Virus genome (UHGV): UHGV-0010228 | Length of the DNA stretch: 64,000 nt | Reading direction: 5' to 3' (one strand) | Source: a virus | Shown: one piece after another, positions 40,727 through 51,884 of the stretch | How positions within the stretch are numbered: the first letter of the stretch is position 1 | Layout of the letters: each line of letters opens with the position of its first letter | The notes under the pieces: generated by a model | Told to the model about the DNA's origin: nothing | Seen by the model: only the letters and a program-made list of their open reading frames with translations | Database searches by the model: none | Made by a program: the position numbers and the translations under genes

Positions 40727-41461
40727 ATGAATTTTTTAATATCAGATGATAAGTATGTATATATAAATACAGAGAGAGCTGAAGCTTATATTCCTGAATC
40801 ATTATTTGGTAATATTGAAGAAAAACCATCTTCAATATGCTATGAATATGGTGAAGGATTTATGACTCTTGGTGTATTTTATATTGCATTCTTTGATGAG
40901 AGCGGAAAAAGAACCCTAAAAACTCTAACATATCCAAATGTATTTGAAACTCGACCATCTTCAAATAGATCTGCATCTTTAGAAATTGATGGAATAATAG
41001 ATAAATATAGAATTCTTGAATATGAAAAAGGTGATATGTTAATGCCATTACAGAATAAACGATCAGCTGATAATTGTGAAACTTTTATGAGATTGATAAC
41101 TAGTGGAAAAATACCATCAGCATTAGCATATGATGAAATATTTGAAGTGTGGCTTAGAAATTTCCAAATAAATGACTTAAGTCCTGATGTACCTTCTGTC
41201 ATATTACAGACAATTATATCAACAATGTGTAGATCTAAAAAAGATCCTAATATTGAATATAGACAGATCGCTGGAAGAAATCCAAATTATGATAAGCATG
41301 GATATAGATCGATGAATATGAATGCTATTTCTGCAAATTCATCTATAATGTCAGCATTATCTTTTGAAAGATTTGGTGAAAAATTAGCAACGTCGATCAA
41401 TATGACTAAAGAAGGAACAAAACAGAAAATTTCACCTGTTGAAAAAGTCCTTACTATGTAA
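40727..41461 (+). CDS. hypothetical protein (244 aa)
   Basis: ORF with aaggaggtgagg RBS. Confidence 0.45.
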   Translation: MNFLISDDKYVYINTERAEAYIPESLFGNIEEKPSSICYEYGEGFMTLGVFYIAFFDESGKRTLKTLTYPNVFETRPSSNRSASLEIDGIIDKYRILEYEKGDMLMPLQNKRSADNCETFMRLITSGKIPSALAYDEIFEVWLRNFQINDLSPDVPSVILQTIISTMCRSKKDPNIEYRQIAGRNPNYDKHGYRSMNMNAISANSSIMSALSFERFGEKLATSINMTKEGTKQKISPVEKVLTM

Positions 41462-41548
41462 TGTAAGGACGTTCTTGTGTGGAATAACAAGTAATTAAAT
41501 TAAAATAAAGCTTATATTTAATTTAAAATATAAAAGGAGGTATAAAAT

Positions 41549-43414
41549 ATGCCAGTAAGTTATCAGATAGTGCCGGAGCATATATACCCTCATCAGATGG
41601 TACAGATTAATGATAACTCAGAGGTTGTAGATAATACATATCAGACTAACTTTGATGTTAACTCTATTCTCTGTGTATTCTCATCTCCTAAAGGTAGAGA
41701 TGGAATGTATAGCATTACTTCTGGATCTCAGGGTTTTATCAATGAATATGGTGAAGGTTCCTTTGCGAACTATGGTCAGCCATATATGCAGGCCTTTGCA
41801 GCTGCAAGTTCTGGAGCTGCAACATTACAGTGCCTTAGAGTAACTGCTGATGATGCTACATATGCTGCATCATCACTTATGTGCAAGTACTCAGTAGAAG
41901 GTACTAAACTTAAGCTTGAATTTAGTGTTGGTGTTGATAACACTAATGCACTTACAGATCTTGATAATATTGAAGATGTAAATAAGACAACTACTACAGG
42001 TACAGTAAGACTCTTTACTGTAGCTTCAATTGGTAAGGGTGCTTATGGTAATAATATTAGATGGAGAATAAGAAATAATTCAGGTTCTGATAAGCAGAAT
42101 AATTATAAGAATTATATTTTTGATATTTATGAGCAGGAAAATGGCGGTCTTGTTCTTAGAGAATCATTTTCAGTATCATTCTCAGCAGATGCAATCTGGA
42201 ATGGCGAATCAATATTCTTTGATGAAGTTATTAATGATGTTGTAAGCGGTTCTAATAAGGTTAAGGTTGTTTCATTCCCAGAAGCTTTCCAGGAAATCTA
42301 TGACAAGTATAAGGAAGCTAATCCTGATACTGAATTCACAGTTGATACATTTGACTGTATTCTTGGTATTGATAAGTTTACTAGACAGGCTGAAAAGAAC
42401 GTTGAAATCGTTGCAGAATCAGTAGATGGTGCTGGAACTTCAGTTTCACCGTCTTCAACAGCAGGTCTTGCACTTGGTGCTGGTAGTGACGGTGCATTAG
42501 CACTCACTAACAATGCTGCAACACGTCAGGCTGCTCTTGATGCACTCTACACTAAAGCTTTCAACGGTGAAATTGACGAATATATCAAGTCAAAGAATAG
42601 ATATCCTGCATCACTTATAATTGATGCTAATTATCCAGTAGCTACCAAGCGTGCAATGGTTGCTCTTGCTACTAAGAGAACTGACTGTATGGTAATGCTT
42701 GACTGTGGTACTGGTATCACAACAAAGGCATCAGTACTTTCATACATCAACGAAAATCTGGATGATTTCACTCAGTCTAGAATTGTTACAATTGAAGCAT
42801 ACTGCATGAAGGTTCGTGATCCGATGACTAAGAAGTCAGTTGTTGTTACATCTGGTTATTGGTTATCAAGATACTATCCAGTTCATATTAAGAATTGGAA
42901 TGGTAAGCACAAGCCATTTGCTGGTAATAAGTATGGTATTATTGAAGGTGCAATTAGAAACTCAGTTTATCCAACATTTGATGAAGATCTTGATTCAGAA
43001 GTTATGGATGAACTTGCAGAAAAGCATATAAACTTTGCTAAGTATAATGCTAATAGAGATACTGTAAGAGCTATGCAGGATACTAGAAATCCTAAGCTCA
43101 CAAATCTTAGTGAACAGAATAACATGCTCGTTGTTCTTGATATTAAGAGAGATGCTGAGCAGATTTGTGCACAGTTCGAATTTGAATTTGCTGAAGCAGA
43201 AGATATCTCTAGATATAATACAATTCTTCAGGGACTTGTATCTAAGTATAATGAAGCTCAGGTTCGCTCAATTAGTGCAGTTATGTCTAAGAGTGATTGG
43301 GAATCTAAGCACAACATTATACACCTCGTTATTGCTCTTGTACATAAGGATCTCGTTAGAACTACAATTATTGAAATTGATGTTAATAGAGATTCAGATG
43401 TTACAGTTGGTTAA
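41549..43414 (+). CDS. abundant virion structural protein (621 aa), candidate tail sheath (alternatively capsid)
   Basis: High-expression codon usage. Followed by a 310-aa abundant protein, a sheath-then-tube-like arrangement. Confidence 0.3.
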   Translation: MPVSYQIVPEHIYPHQMVQINDNSEVVDNTYQTNFDVNSILCVFSSPKGRDGMYSITSGSQGFINEYGEGSFANYGQPYMQAFAAASSGAATLQCLRVTADDATYAASSLMCKYSVEGTKLKLEFSVGVDNTNALTDLDNIEDVNKTTTTGTVRLFTVASIGKGAYGNNIRWRIRNNSGSDKQNNYKNYIFDIYEQENGGLVLRESFSVSFSADAIWNGESIFFDEVINDVVSGSNKVKVVSFPEAFQEIYDKYKEANPDTEFTVDTFDCILGIDKFTRQAEKNVEIVAESVDGAGTSVSPSSTAGLALGAGSDGALALTNNAATRQAALDALYTKAFNGEIDEYIKSKNRYPASLIIDANYPVATKRAMVALATKRTDCMVMLDCGTGITTKASVLSYINENLDDFTQSRIVTIEAYCMKVRDPMTKKSVVVTSGYWLSRYYPVHIKNWNGKHKPFAGNKYGIIEGAIRNSVYPTFDEDLDSEVMDELAEKHINFAKYNANRDTVRAMQDTRNPKLTNLSEQNNMLVVLDIKRDAEQICAQFEFEFAEAEDISRYNTILQGLVSKYNEAQVRSISAVMSKSDWESKHNIIHLVIALVHKDLVRTTIIEIDVNRDSDVTVG

Positions 43415-43434
43415 TGGAAAGGAGGAGTTGAAGT

Positions 43435-44367
43435 ATGCCTGCAGAAGATTTAAAAACTATACAGTCTAGTAGTTATAAAGACTTAAACAATAAACCATTC
43501 ATGGCGAAGAATGAAAAGTCATTTGAAAACTTCTCATACTTCTTAGGTGGTATTGATGTAACTCATCAGAATCTTGATCAGTTTAACCCTTATATTCAGG
43601 GTGTATCAAGATTATTCATGCATAAACCACCACTGTATATGAATGTTGCATTCCCATCCGCAACACAGCATTTTAAAACATATCTCGAATCTGGTTACAC
43701 TAGAATCGATGGTATTTCCGATATTTCTGTTTCATTCGTAGACTTTGAAGGTGGCTTCGCTGGTCAGAGATTCTCTAATGTTTCTCTTGCACAGGATGAA
43801 ACCGATACGATCACTGTATCAGTATACGAACTTTCAGGTTCACCAGTAAGAGAATATCTCGACACTTGGATTTCGGGTGTAAGAGATCCAAGATCAGGTA
43901 TTGCACATTATCATGGTCTTATTGGTAGAGCTATTACTGATGGTGGTATGGAATATGCGGAAACTAATCATACTGCTGAATTTATATATGTAACATTAGA
44001 TCCAACAGGCCTTAAGCCAGAATATTGCTGCATGTTTGCACATGCATTCCCAACTAAGGTTCCTAAGTCACACCTTAACTATGAAAAGGGTGAAAGATCA
44101 AACGTTCAGATGGATATTGAATTTAAGGTTACTAAATATGAGTCACCTGCAATAAATGATATTGGTATTTGGTATATCAATAACTCTAAGGTTACTTACA
44201 ATTATCTTGACTTCGATCCACACGTTAATCTTGAAGGTAAGGGTTATAATGATTATTACACTTACTCTTATGATGGAACATCAGGATTAAATAATGGAGA
44301 ATCAACTCCGGCTAAGTTTGGTCCAAATGCAAGTACTAAGGTTCAGAAGGACATTTTAAATTCATAA
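43435..44367 (+). CDS. abundant virion structural protein (310 aa), candidate tail tube
   Basis: High-expression codon usage. Its position after the 621-aa protein. Confidence 0.3.
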   Translation: MPAEDLKTIQSSSYKDLNNKPFMAKNEKSFENFSYFLGGIDVTHQNLDQFNPYIQGVSRLFMHKPPLYMNVAFPSATQHFKTYLESGYTRIDGISDISVSFVDFEGGFAGQRFSNVSLAQDETDTITVSVYELSGSPVREYLDTWISGVRDPRSGIAHYHGLIGRAITDGGMEYAETNHTAEFIYVTLDPTGLKPEYCCMFAHAFPTKVPKSHLNYEKGERSNVQMDIEFKVTKYESPAINDIGIWYINNSKVTYNYLDFDPHVNLEGKGYNDYYTYSYDGTSGLNNGESTPAKFGPNASTKVQKDILNS

Positions 44368-44448
44368 TATTAAGAGAAGAATCCTATTAGGATTCTTCTC
44401 TTTTTTAATATGTAATTTAACACTATCTTAAAAAGGAGGTGTTTATTT

Positions 44449-46863
44449 TTGGCAAGACAGGACTCCAAAAAAACCGACCAGATCAAAGTTGATAAAGATG
44501 TTAGTGCTCTTGATGTAGTCGCTAAAAGGATATTATCAACTATTGATAATACATACGATGAAAAAATAATTCTTAATAATAAAGCATCTAAATTACACAA
44601 GATTATTAATGATGAACTCCAGTTAGCAAAAGGTGTTAGTCAGGGTAATATTGTAGATTTCGTATCTGCAGTTGCAGTAAATAAGGATCCTAATAATAGA
44701 GATCAGAAAGTCGATATAGATGAATTATTTACTCAGGATGTAGGAAATTTATTTGGATATTTCCAGGATACTTATAAGAATAAATATGTTGAATTAGCAG
44801 ATTTAAAGTTTATTACAAAATTTATACCTGCTATAGGGGAAGCAGTTAAGGTTACTCTCGATTCAATTGTTGGTGCGGATGATTTATCATCGATATTAAC
44901 TAGAGTTATCGAATTACCAAAAACATTAACTGAAGAAGAAGTATCTCAGGTAATTGAAGAAATTGAGAGAATTGAGAGAGAAGAAAAACTTCTCAGAAAA
45001 TTAAAAAATGTTGATTATAAAAAAGCCTTAGTATCAGGTGTGCATTATGTATATGCAGTTCCATATTCTGAATTATTTAATGAATATGAAAGACTTAAAG
45101 CTAAAGGTAAAATCAACAAGAATCCATTAGCTGCAAATCCTAATCTTAAACCGGGTGCTGGTAAAACCAGTGGATTTAATATTAAAGCTCAGGAATCTTA
45201 TGAAGATAGTACAGATTCATTTGCATATGAATCTATAAATTTATTTGATGATAGTGTAATCGAAAATCTTAATTCAAGTAATATGTTTAATAAAGAAGAC
45301 ATTGCAGAAATTAAGAAATCATTAAAGACTAATACATTACCTATACAGGTATCAGATTCTGAATATCCTATAGATGCACTTGAAAGTGTAGCTTCATATC
45401 AAGCAATACAGAATCACCTTGGAAGTTATATCAATAAATTTGAAACTGCAGAAGTTCAATATAAAGACTTTGCATCTTCAGGTACTTATGATATAAATAA
45501 AGCTAATGTTAAACCTAAGAAGTTTAATACTAAGGGTACATACATAAAACATATAGATGCAAAGTATATGTTAAAGATAAAGATCTTTGATGAAGTCATA
45601 GGTTATTTCTATGTAAGAGATACCCCTATTAGCAAAAAAGATGTATCTACTCAGTCTATCACAAATAATACATTATTCTCAATAGGCTCTAATCTTTTCA
45701 ATTCTACTAAACTAACTGAGAATAAAAGAAATGCTGCTATTAGATCTATTGTAGATACAATATCTGAAGGAATTATTGATAAATTTTCAAATAAGTTTGT
45801 TAATAAGAATTCTGAATTCAAAAGAATCATTGCGGATTGTATAATTCAGAATGGTTTAGTAAATAACCAATTCCAGATTCAGTTCATTCCGGCTAAACAT
45901 GTTATCCCATTTGTAATAAACGAGAATGAAGATGGTGATGGAGAATCTATACTTGCAGATGCATTATTCCCAGCTAAGCTATTACTTTCATTAGTAGTAA
46001 ATAAGTTATTAACTTATCTTAATAAGGGTGGCAATAAAACTATTGCTCATATTAAGAAAGGTCCTATTAACTTAGATGGTGGTAATCACATTCAGAGAGT
46101 AATTAGAATGCTTCAGGAATCACAGATAACATTTAGTGATTTATTATCAACAAACTTAACATTTGCCAAGTTTGCTAGAGATGGAAATTTATCTATTCCA
46201 TCAGCTAAGAATGGTGATAGACTCGTTGAATTTGAAGTTCAAGAAGGTCAGCAAGTTGATATGAAACCTGAAATGGAAGAGTGGCTAGAAAAAATGGCAA
46301 TAATGGGTACAGGTGTACCATCTGTCATAATGGAATATACTGATGCTGCCGATTATGCTAAATCAATTGTAACAGCAAATATCAAATTTGCAGGTAGAGT
46401 CGCATCACTTCAGGGAGATCTCGAAGATCCAACAACTGATTTATATAAGATATTACTGCTTAATTCTAATTTAGATGAAGAACTAAAGAATAAAGCCATA
46501 CAGGGACTCAAATTCGTATTGCCAAGACCAAAAGTCTTATCAAACCAGAACATATCAGAGTATTTGTCAACTATACAGCAGTCAGCTCAGATGCAAAGTG
46601 ACATCATATTTGGGACAAATGGAACTGATGATAATGATCCGAGTTTACCAAAAGTTAAGGACGAATTCATTAAGATGACTGTGGCTGAAAATTCACCATT
46701 TATTGATTGGGATGCTGCTGAAGAACGAAGAAGAAAAGCAGTATTATCAGTTAAGGAAAAAGAAAAGATCGCTGTACCGACGGGAGATGATAACTCCGAT
46801 AGTGGAGGCCTCTCAGATGACTTTGGAGGTACTGGTGACGAAGATAATGGTGATGAGTTTTAA
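44449..46863 (+). CDS. large virion protein (804 aa, TTG start) with acidic disordered C-terminus; portal protein candidate
   Basis: Size and the C-terminal DDNSDSGGLSDDFGGTGDEDNGDEF tail. The assignment is tentative. Confidence 0.3.
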   Translation: MARQDSKKTDQIKVDKDVSALDVVAKRILSTIDNTYDEKIILNNKASKLHKIINDELQLAKGVSQGNIVDFVSAVAVNKDPNNRDQKVDIDELFTQDVGNLFGYFQDTYKNKYVELADLKFITKFIPAIGEAVKVTLDSIVGADDLSSILTRVIELPKTLTEEEVSQVIEEIERIEREEKLLRKLKNVDYKKALVSGVHYVYAVPYSELFNEYERLKAKGKINKNPLAANPNLKPGAGKTSGFNIKAQESYEDSTDSFAYESINLFDDSVIENLNSSNMFNKEDIAEIKKSLKTNTLPIQVSDSEYPIDALESVASYQAIQNHLGSYINKFETAEVQYKDFASSGTYDINKANVKPKKFNTKGTYIKHIDAKYMLKIKIFDEVIGYFYVRDTPISKKDVSTQSITNNTLFSIGSNLFNSTKLTENKRNAAIRSIVDTISEGIIDKFSNKFVNKNSEFKRIIADCIIQNGLVNNQFQIQFIPAKHVIPFVINENEDGDGESILADALFPAKLLLSLVVNKLLTYLNKGGNKTIAHIKKGPINLDGGNHIQRVIRMLQESQITFSDLLSTNLTFAKFARDGNLSIPSAKNGDRLVEFEVQEGQQVDMKPEMEEWLEKMAIMGTGVPSVIMEYTDAADYAKSIVTANIKFAGRVASLQGDLEDPTTDLYKILLLNSNLDEELKNKAIQGLKFVLPRPKVLSNQNISEYLSTIQQSAQMQSDIIFGTNGTDDNDPSLPKVKDEFIKMTVAENSPFIDWDAAEERRRKAVLSVKEKEKIAVPTGDDNSDSGGLSDDFGGTGDEDNGDEF

Positions 46864-47009
46864 ATCCTAAATGCTTGGCTAATTTATGAGTAATATGTGT
46901 TAACATTTCCCTTATAGTAATAAAAAATGCATTTAGAAATTAAATATTTATTTCTTATAACTCAAGACAAGCAATGTTTTAAACACTCCAGATTAATTCA
47001 CGTTAAAAT

Positions 47010-47045
47010 AACTAGGATAGACATATGTCTATCCTAGTTATTTTT
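47010..47045. terminator. bidirectional terminator
   Basis: Palindrome aactaggatagacatatgtctatcctagtt followed by a T-run. Confidence 0.6.
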
Positions 47046-47665
47046 TAAAAATGAAGACCACTAGCAGATCCATCAAAACCTGTATCAACATATCTATTTG
47101 GATATAGCATTGAATCATAACACTTCATGAATTTTGTACTAATAGTAGATAATAAATTAATTATCTTGCCAATAGGCTGAATTAATTCCTCATCAATCTC
47201 AGCAACATTAAATGTTTCAATATTTTTTATAGTTTCTTTAAATGTTTTATCTAATGTATTAAACATATTTTTTGCATCATTCATGGGAGCGGTTCTCCAC
47301 CAATGATCATCCGCATTATTCATTAATATAAAATTCATCTGACGGGTCATCTCATCCCATAATTCATTTAATCCTTCAAGCTCACTAACCATTACTGGAT
47401 AATCAGATACTAAATCGTACTTTAAGAATGTCTTATCAAATACTTTCTTAGTTTCTCTGAATCCAACTTTAAACTGATCATACATCTTAATATGTACTAA
47501 CTTATCCAACTTATCAGATTTGGTAAGTTTATAGAACCACTGTTTTACTCTTGACCATATTGCTTTAAGCCAATCTACGAATTTGTTAAAAATTTCAGAT
47601 ACCGAAATTCCTTCTAATACATGCTCATAGTTATTGATTTCTTCTAAAGCTACAGTATAATTCAT
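47045..47665 (-). CDS. hypothetical protein (206 aa)
   Basis: ORF with RBS. Confidence 0.45.
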   Translation of the reverse strand: MNYTVALEEINNYEHVLEGISVSEIFNKFVDWLKAIWSRVKQWFYKLTKSDKLDKLVHIKMYDQFKVGFRETKKVFDKTFLKYDLVSDYPVMVSELEGLNELWDEMTRQMNFILMNNADDHWWRTAPMNDAKNMFNTLDKTFKETIKNIETFNVAEIDEELIQPIGKIINLLSTISTKFMKCYDSMLYPNRYVDTGFDGSASGLHF

Positions 47666-47716
47666 TATTACACCAACCTTTCTTAATAATAAAAAATAAG
47701 GAGTAGATTATATAAT

Positions 47717-47953
47717 CTACTCCTTATTATGTTCAATGTCGAATACCATTTCGTCATTTTCAAGTGTACAAGAAACTCTTACAACAGTTGGATCATCTAT
47801 AACCTCATTACAGAGTTTGATGAAATCCTCATAATGATTTCCTAACACAGCTTCGAAAATATCATCATTTATTATATCTGTGACTTTATCAACTGTAATA
47901 TGTCGAAATAATATTAACTGATCACTGAACACTGGAGTTGTATCAGTATTCAA
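47717..47953 (-). CDS. hypothetical protein (78 aa)
   Basis: ORF. Confidence 0.35.
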   Translation of the reverse strand: MNTDTTPVFSDQLILFRHITVDKVTDIINDDIFEAVLGNHYEDFIKLCNEVIDDPTVVRVSCTLENDEMVFDIEHNKE

Positions 47954-47986
47954 AATTAGTCACCATTTATCCTTCCATTGCAAGAT

Positions 47987-49743
47987 TTAATATGCTGCTT
48001 CACTTATTGCATCTACAATAGTAGCATTCTTTGCTTTTTCTCGATAAATTAATTCTCGGTGTTTTCGTAAATATCCAAGTTCTTTAAATGACATATGTAA
48101 TATATCATTATATGAAAGCTGTCCTTTAAATTCGTATAACACAGTATCAACAAAAGCCATTAAGCTTTCAATTAACGAATCTCCGTGATCGAACCGAGGA
48201 CCCGCCAAAAAACCAGTGATTCAATATTAAGATCATGAGTCATTTCTTTACCACAATGTGGGCATTTTGAATGAAGTGTGAACTTAATCTTGAAATCATA
48301 TTCATCATTAATTCTATTCTGAAGCATTCTATGATCTTCTTCAGTAATAGATACTAATGTATCGAGCATAATCTCTGGTTCATTTTCAGTTACCTGAATA
48401 TAGCTGCCAGTCTTTTCATTATATATGTATACTTCCTGTAAGAAACATGCAATTGCTGCTGCTGAGCTTATTACTATATCTTTCTGATCAATTAATCTAT
48501 AGATAGTAGCAGCTCTAGCTACTGATGGATATGAAACTACATAAATATTATTTGTAAATGGAGACTGATACATAGTACCCTTAGCCCAATCATCATGCAT
48601 AGCACGTAATTCTGCAGGCTTAGATTTATTTCCAATTATTTTATCTATACGTTCCTTATATCTATCTGGCATGTCACTTGTATCTAATATAGATCTAATC
48701 TTATACTTAAATGGATAATTAGACTTGCATTCATCACATGTAATTTCTGTTTCAGTTTCTTCCATAGATGAGGCAACTAAAATGCCATATAATGCAAGAT
48801 CAAGATCGTGAAGTGGGAATTTATTTGCAAATTCATCGTATTCTAATACAATTCTACCCTTTTCATCAAACTTCTTTAATATACCACCTGATAATATCTT
48901 ATCATATACTAAAGAAGCCTTCTTATCTATAGCTTCTTCTATAGCATCATCTGGGTATGATATTGATGAATATAACTGGATTAACTGAGATCCCTTAAAT
49001 GTTACGAAATCGCCATAATATGGCAGTGGTACACTATATCTTGAAAGAGCGCCTTCAATTGACTTAACGTAATCTGCTTTATGATCGGAATCGATACGCT
49101 CAACCTTAATATTCTTAAGAGCTTCATCTTCAACTAATACTAAATTAATAGCCTTAGTTGTTCTAAGCTTAGCATGTTCTTCTTCAGTAAGACCAAGATC
49201 TTCAACTGGCTGTTTTGTCTTATCAAGATATATCATACCTACAGTTGTATCTGGTGTTTCATCTTCTAAAAGTTCTTCTTTTAAATCATTTAATGATACA
49301 CCATCACCAGTTGTAGGTTCACCAATACCATAATCCTTCTTAATCTTATTAGCAACTGCAATGGATGCTTCTTTAGGAGAGAATCCATCCATGATTAATT
49401 TCTTTTTATATTCTTCATACTTGATTCTATCTTCTGGTGGAATTGAATCAAGTGGGTTTTCCATATCTGCTGGTGCGGTAGAATCTTCAAATATTGAAGG
49501 ATCTAACTTAACTGGAGCATCTGGAATATTTATAGGTTCTGATTTTTCTAATGGAACATGGTTGCCAATAATGACAGTATCATCTTCTTCAAGTTCAACA
49601 TCTGGTTCAGGTTCAATAGTTTTCTCAACATCTGAATGATCTCCGAAGCTTACAATTTCAGTTGTATCTGAATCAAGTGAGCCATTTAAAACGTTATTAG
49701 AAGCTGCCTGTGCAAGTTCTTTTAAATTGATTTCATTTCCCAT
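47987..49743 (-). CDS. zinc-ribbon-containing protein (523 aa ORF 48172-49743 plus 73-aa ORF 47987-48208, which overlap at a T6 run and may be one gene joined by a frameshift); possible baseplate/tail component
   Basis: Cys pairs CDECKSNY...CPHCGKEM. The downstream ORF has only a TTG start inside a T6 run (ctggttttttggcggg). Confidence 0.35.
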
Positions 49744-49770
49744 ATGATATCTTCCTTTCCATATATTGAT

Positions 49771-50187
49771 TTAACCCCATGATATTTCAAAATCTAAAAA
49801 CTTTTTACCAACTTCAGAAGCGACTGCAGAAGCATCGACCACTCCATTATCGGTAAATTCAAATACCAAAATCATCCATGTTTGACCATTATCACTTACT
49901 ATCTTATTAGCACTAACATTTGTCAATGGAACATCTGGTAAATATATTTCAACCTGATTCTGTATTATTGATGGTAAATCATTAATAACATCATCCATGT
50001 ATTCATAATCGTAAGATTTGATTCCAATACCCATTTCAGGCATTGATGGATAAGTACCAGGCTCTAGAAATAAAAGATTTAATATTAATTGAGACCATGC
50101 ATTTTTACCAATCAATTCTGCTGGTTTATTGAATACATCGATCCCTAATAATAATTCTTTTTTACTAGCTTCGGTGTATGTAGTCAT
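49771..50187 (-). CDS. baseplate wedge protein, gp25/GPW-like
   Basis: 138 aa. LEPGTYPSMPEMGIGI resembles the gp25 T.PGER...P.FG block. The size is typical. Confidence 0.35.
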   Translation of the reverse strand: MTTYTEASKKELLLGIDVFNKPAELIGKNAWSQLILNLLFLEPGTYPSMPEMGIGIKSYDYEYMDDVINDLPSIIQNQVEIYLPDVPLTNVSANKIVSDNGQTWMILVFEFTDNGVVDASAVASEVGKKFLDFEISWG

Positions 50188-50267
50188 CTATCGTCACCTC
50201 TTAGTAAATTTTATTAAATATTTGTGCTCGCATATAAAAAAATATAAGTAAAAAGAAATAGCTGATA

Positions 50268-51884
50268 TCAGCTATTTCTTTTTAATGATTCATATAATTC
50301 AATCATCTCACATTTTGCATTTGGTTCACTAATTTCCATTACAGTTTCCAAACGCTTATCGAGATTTCGAATTAATAGATCAGTAGACCCTATATAAATA
50401 GAGCAATGATCATTAGGACCAAACATGTATATTCGTTCATGCTCTAAATAAGGACCATTAATAGTTATAACTTTTATTCCTATAGGATTTAATCCTATAG
50501 AAGTTCTACAGATAACTTCAACATCAACCCCACAATTAGCAGCTCGTTGAAGATCTTTGATTATAGATCTATCCATTAGGTGATTTACCTTAATACGGAT
50601 TTTACCTTCAGAACCTTTCCTCATCTGCTCTCTAATTCTTAGTCGTATTAAAGCTCTGGCATTATTTTTGACATTACCATATCCACTATTAGTGAATCTT
50701 TGAGCTATAATATCAGATATAATGCCATATGCAGTTCTTATAACTGCACTATCTGAAGATATATAATGCAGATCTATATATTGACCAGATGTATCTGCAT
50801 TATAATTACCAGTACTTACATGTGCAAATGCTTTTTTATCGGTACATGCTAAGAATATCTTACCATGTATTTTATAATTAAAGAATTTAGATCTAATAAC
50901 TATATTAGGATATTCTTTTCGAAGTTCTAGTAATTGTCTGATATATTCTTCATTAGGTTCTTCATTACCTCTAGCCATAACTTCTATATAGATAAATACT
51001 CGTTTACCTAATTTTGCAGCCTTGTAAACGGATTCGATAATTTTAGAATTATCTTCAAATCTATACAAAGTTAAGAAGATATATTTTATTTTTTGATGGA
51101 TACACATCTGGTCTATAAAGTTTTGAACATTATCAAAACTATCCAATGGTGTTCTATAAATATATCCTTTACCAGTAGATAACTCTTTAAAATAATCAAT
51201 ATTGTTAAATGAAGTTTCTAGATCATTCTCAAATAATTCAGGATGTTTTTCCTTAGTTAATTTGAATTTATTACATGCCTGAAGGACTCTAATATCAAAT
51301 ACGAACGGTACATCGATTTTATAGTTTTTAATGACGTTCATTATTTGTCTAGAATCATTCTCGATATCAGCATAAATTATAGCAATACGATAATCCTCAA
51401 GTGTTTTAGTTTTTGGATGTAAGTATTGTCTATCCGAAAGTATCCTAATTATCATAGAATGTCTTAGATGAGCATAATCTTTTTCTTTATCAACTTCTAT
51501 GAAAAAATTACGATAGATCCTAGGAACCAAATATAATTTATCAGGTTCAAGTTTACGAACCGTTTTATGATTACCCCATTCCGCTTTGAGGTCTATTATA
51601 TCTGGTTTTTCTTCCTTGAATCTATCGCTCATCATTATCATTCCAATATTGATCTTTCTAACTAACTTATATAGAGTCAATATTTGTTCTGATAATAGAT
51701 ATGCATTGTAAGTTCTCATTCTAATATCAATATGCTCTAAGATATTAGATCTTACAATATTAAAATATTTAAGAGAGGATAATATCGGAGTATTTGGATT
51801 TATACCCTTCATTAATATCCTCTCTTGAAATTCTAATGATATCCATTCAGGCACATGATCCATTGGAGGAACATATTTTAGCAT
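50268..51884 (-). CDS. ppk: polyphosphate kinase 1 (PPK1)-like protein, truncated relative to bacterial PPK1 (538 aa)
   Basis: NYKIHGKIFLACTDKKAFAHVSTGNYNADTSGQYIDLHYISSDSAVIRTAYGI matches E. coli PPK [52 protein letters not shown]. This block includes the autophosphorylated His. YLEHERIYMFGPNDHCSIYIGSTDLLIRNLDKRLET matches [36 protein letters not shown]. Confidence 0.65.
   Translation of the reverse strand: MLKYVPPMDHVPEWISLEFQERILMKGINPNTPILSSLKYFNIVRSNILEHIDIRMRTYNAYLLSEQILTLYKLVRKINIGMIMMSDRFKEEKPDIIDLKAEWGNHKTVRKLEPDKLYLVPRIYRNFFIEVDKEKDYAHLRHSMIIRILSDRQYLHPKTKTLEDYRIAIIYADIENDSRQIMNVIKNYKIDVPFVFDIRVLQACNKFKLTKEKHPELFENDLETSFNNIDYFKELSTGKGYIYRTPLDSFDNVQNFIDQMCIHQKIKYIFLTLYRFEDNSKIIESVYKAAKLGKRVFIYIEVMARGNEEPNEEYIRQLLELRKEYPNIVIRSKFFNYKIHGKIFLACTDKKAFAHVSTGNYNADTSGQYIDLHYISSDSAVIRTAYGIISDIIAQRFTNSGYGNVKNNARALIRLRIREQMRKGSEGKIRIKVNHLMDRSIIKDLQRAANCGVDVEVICRTSIGLNPIGIKVITINGPYLEHERIYMFGPNDHCSIYIGSTDLLIRNLDKRLETVMEISEPNAKCEMIELYESLKRNS

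Noticed and set aside
48181-48210. GC-rich patch ggcgggtcctcggttcgatcacggag, which resembles a tRNA T-arm
   Set aside because: It cannot be folded into an acceptor/T-stem pairing, and there is no D-arm or anticodon arm. It lies within coding sequence. More likely a frameshift or indel locus.
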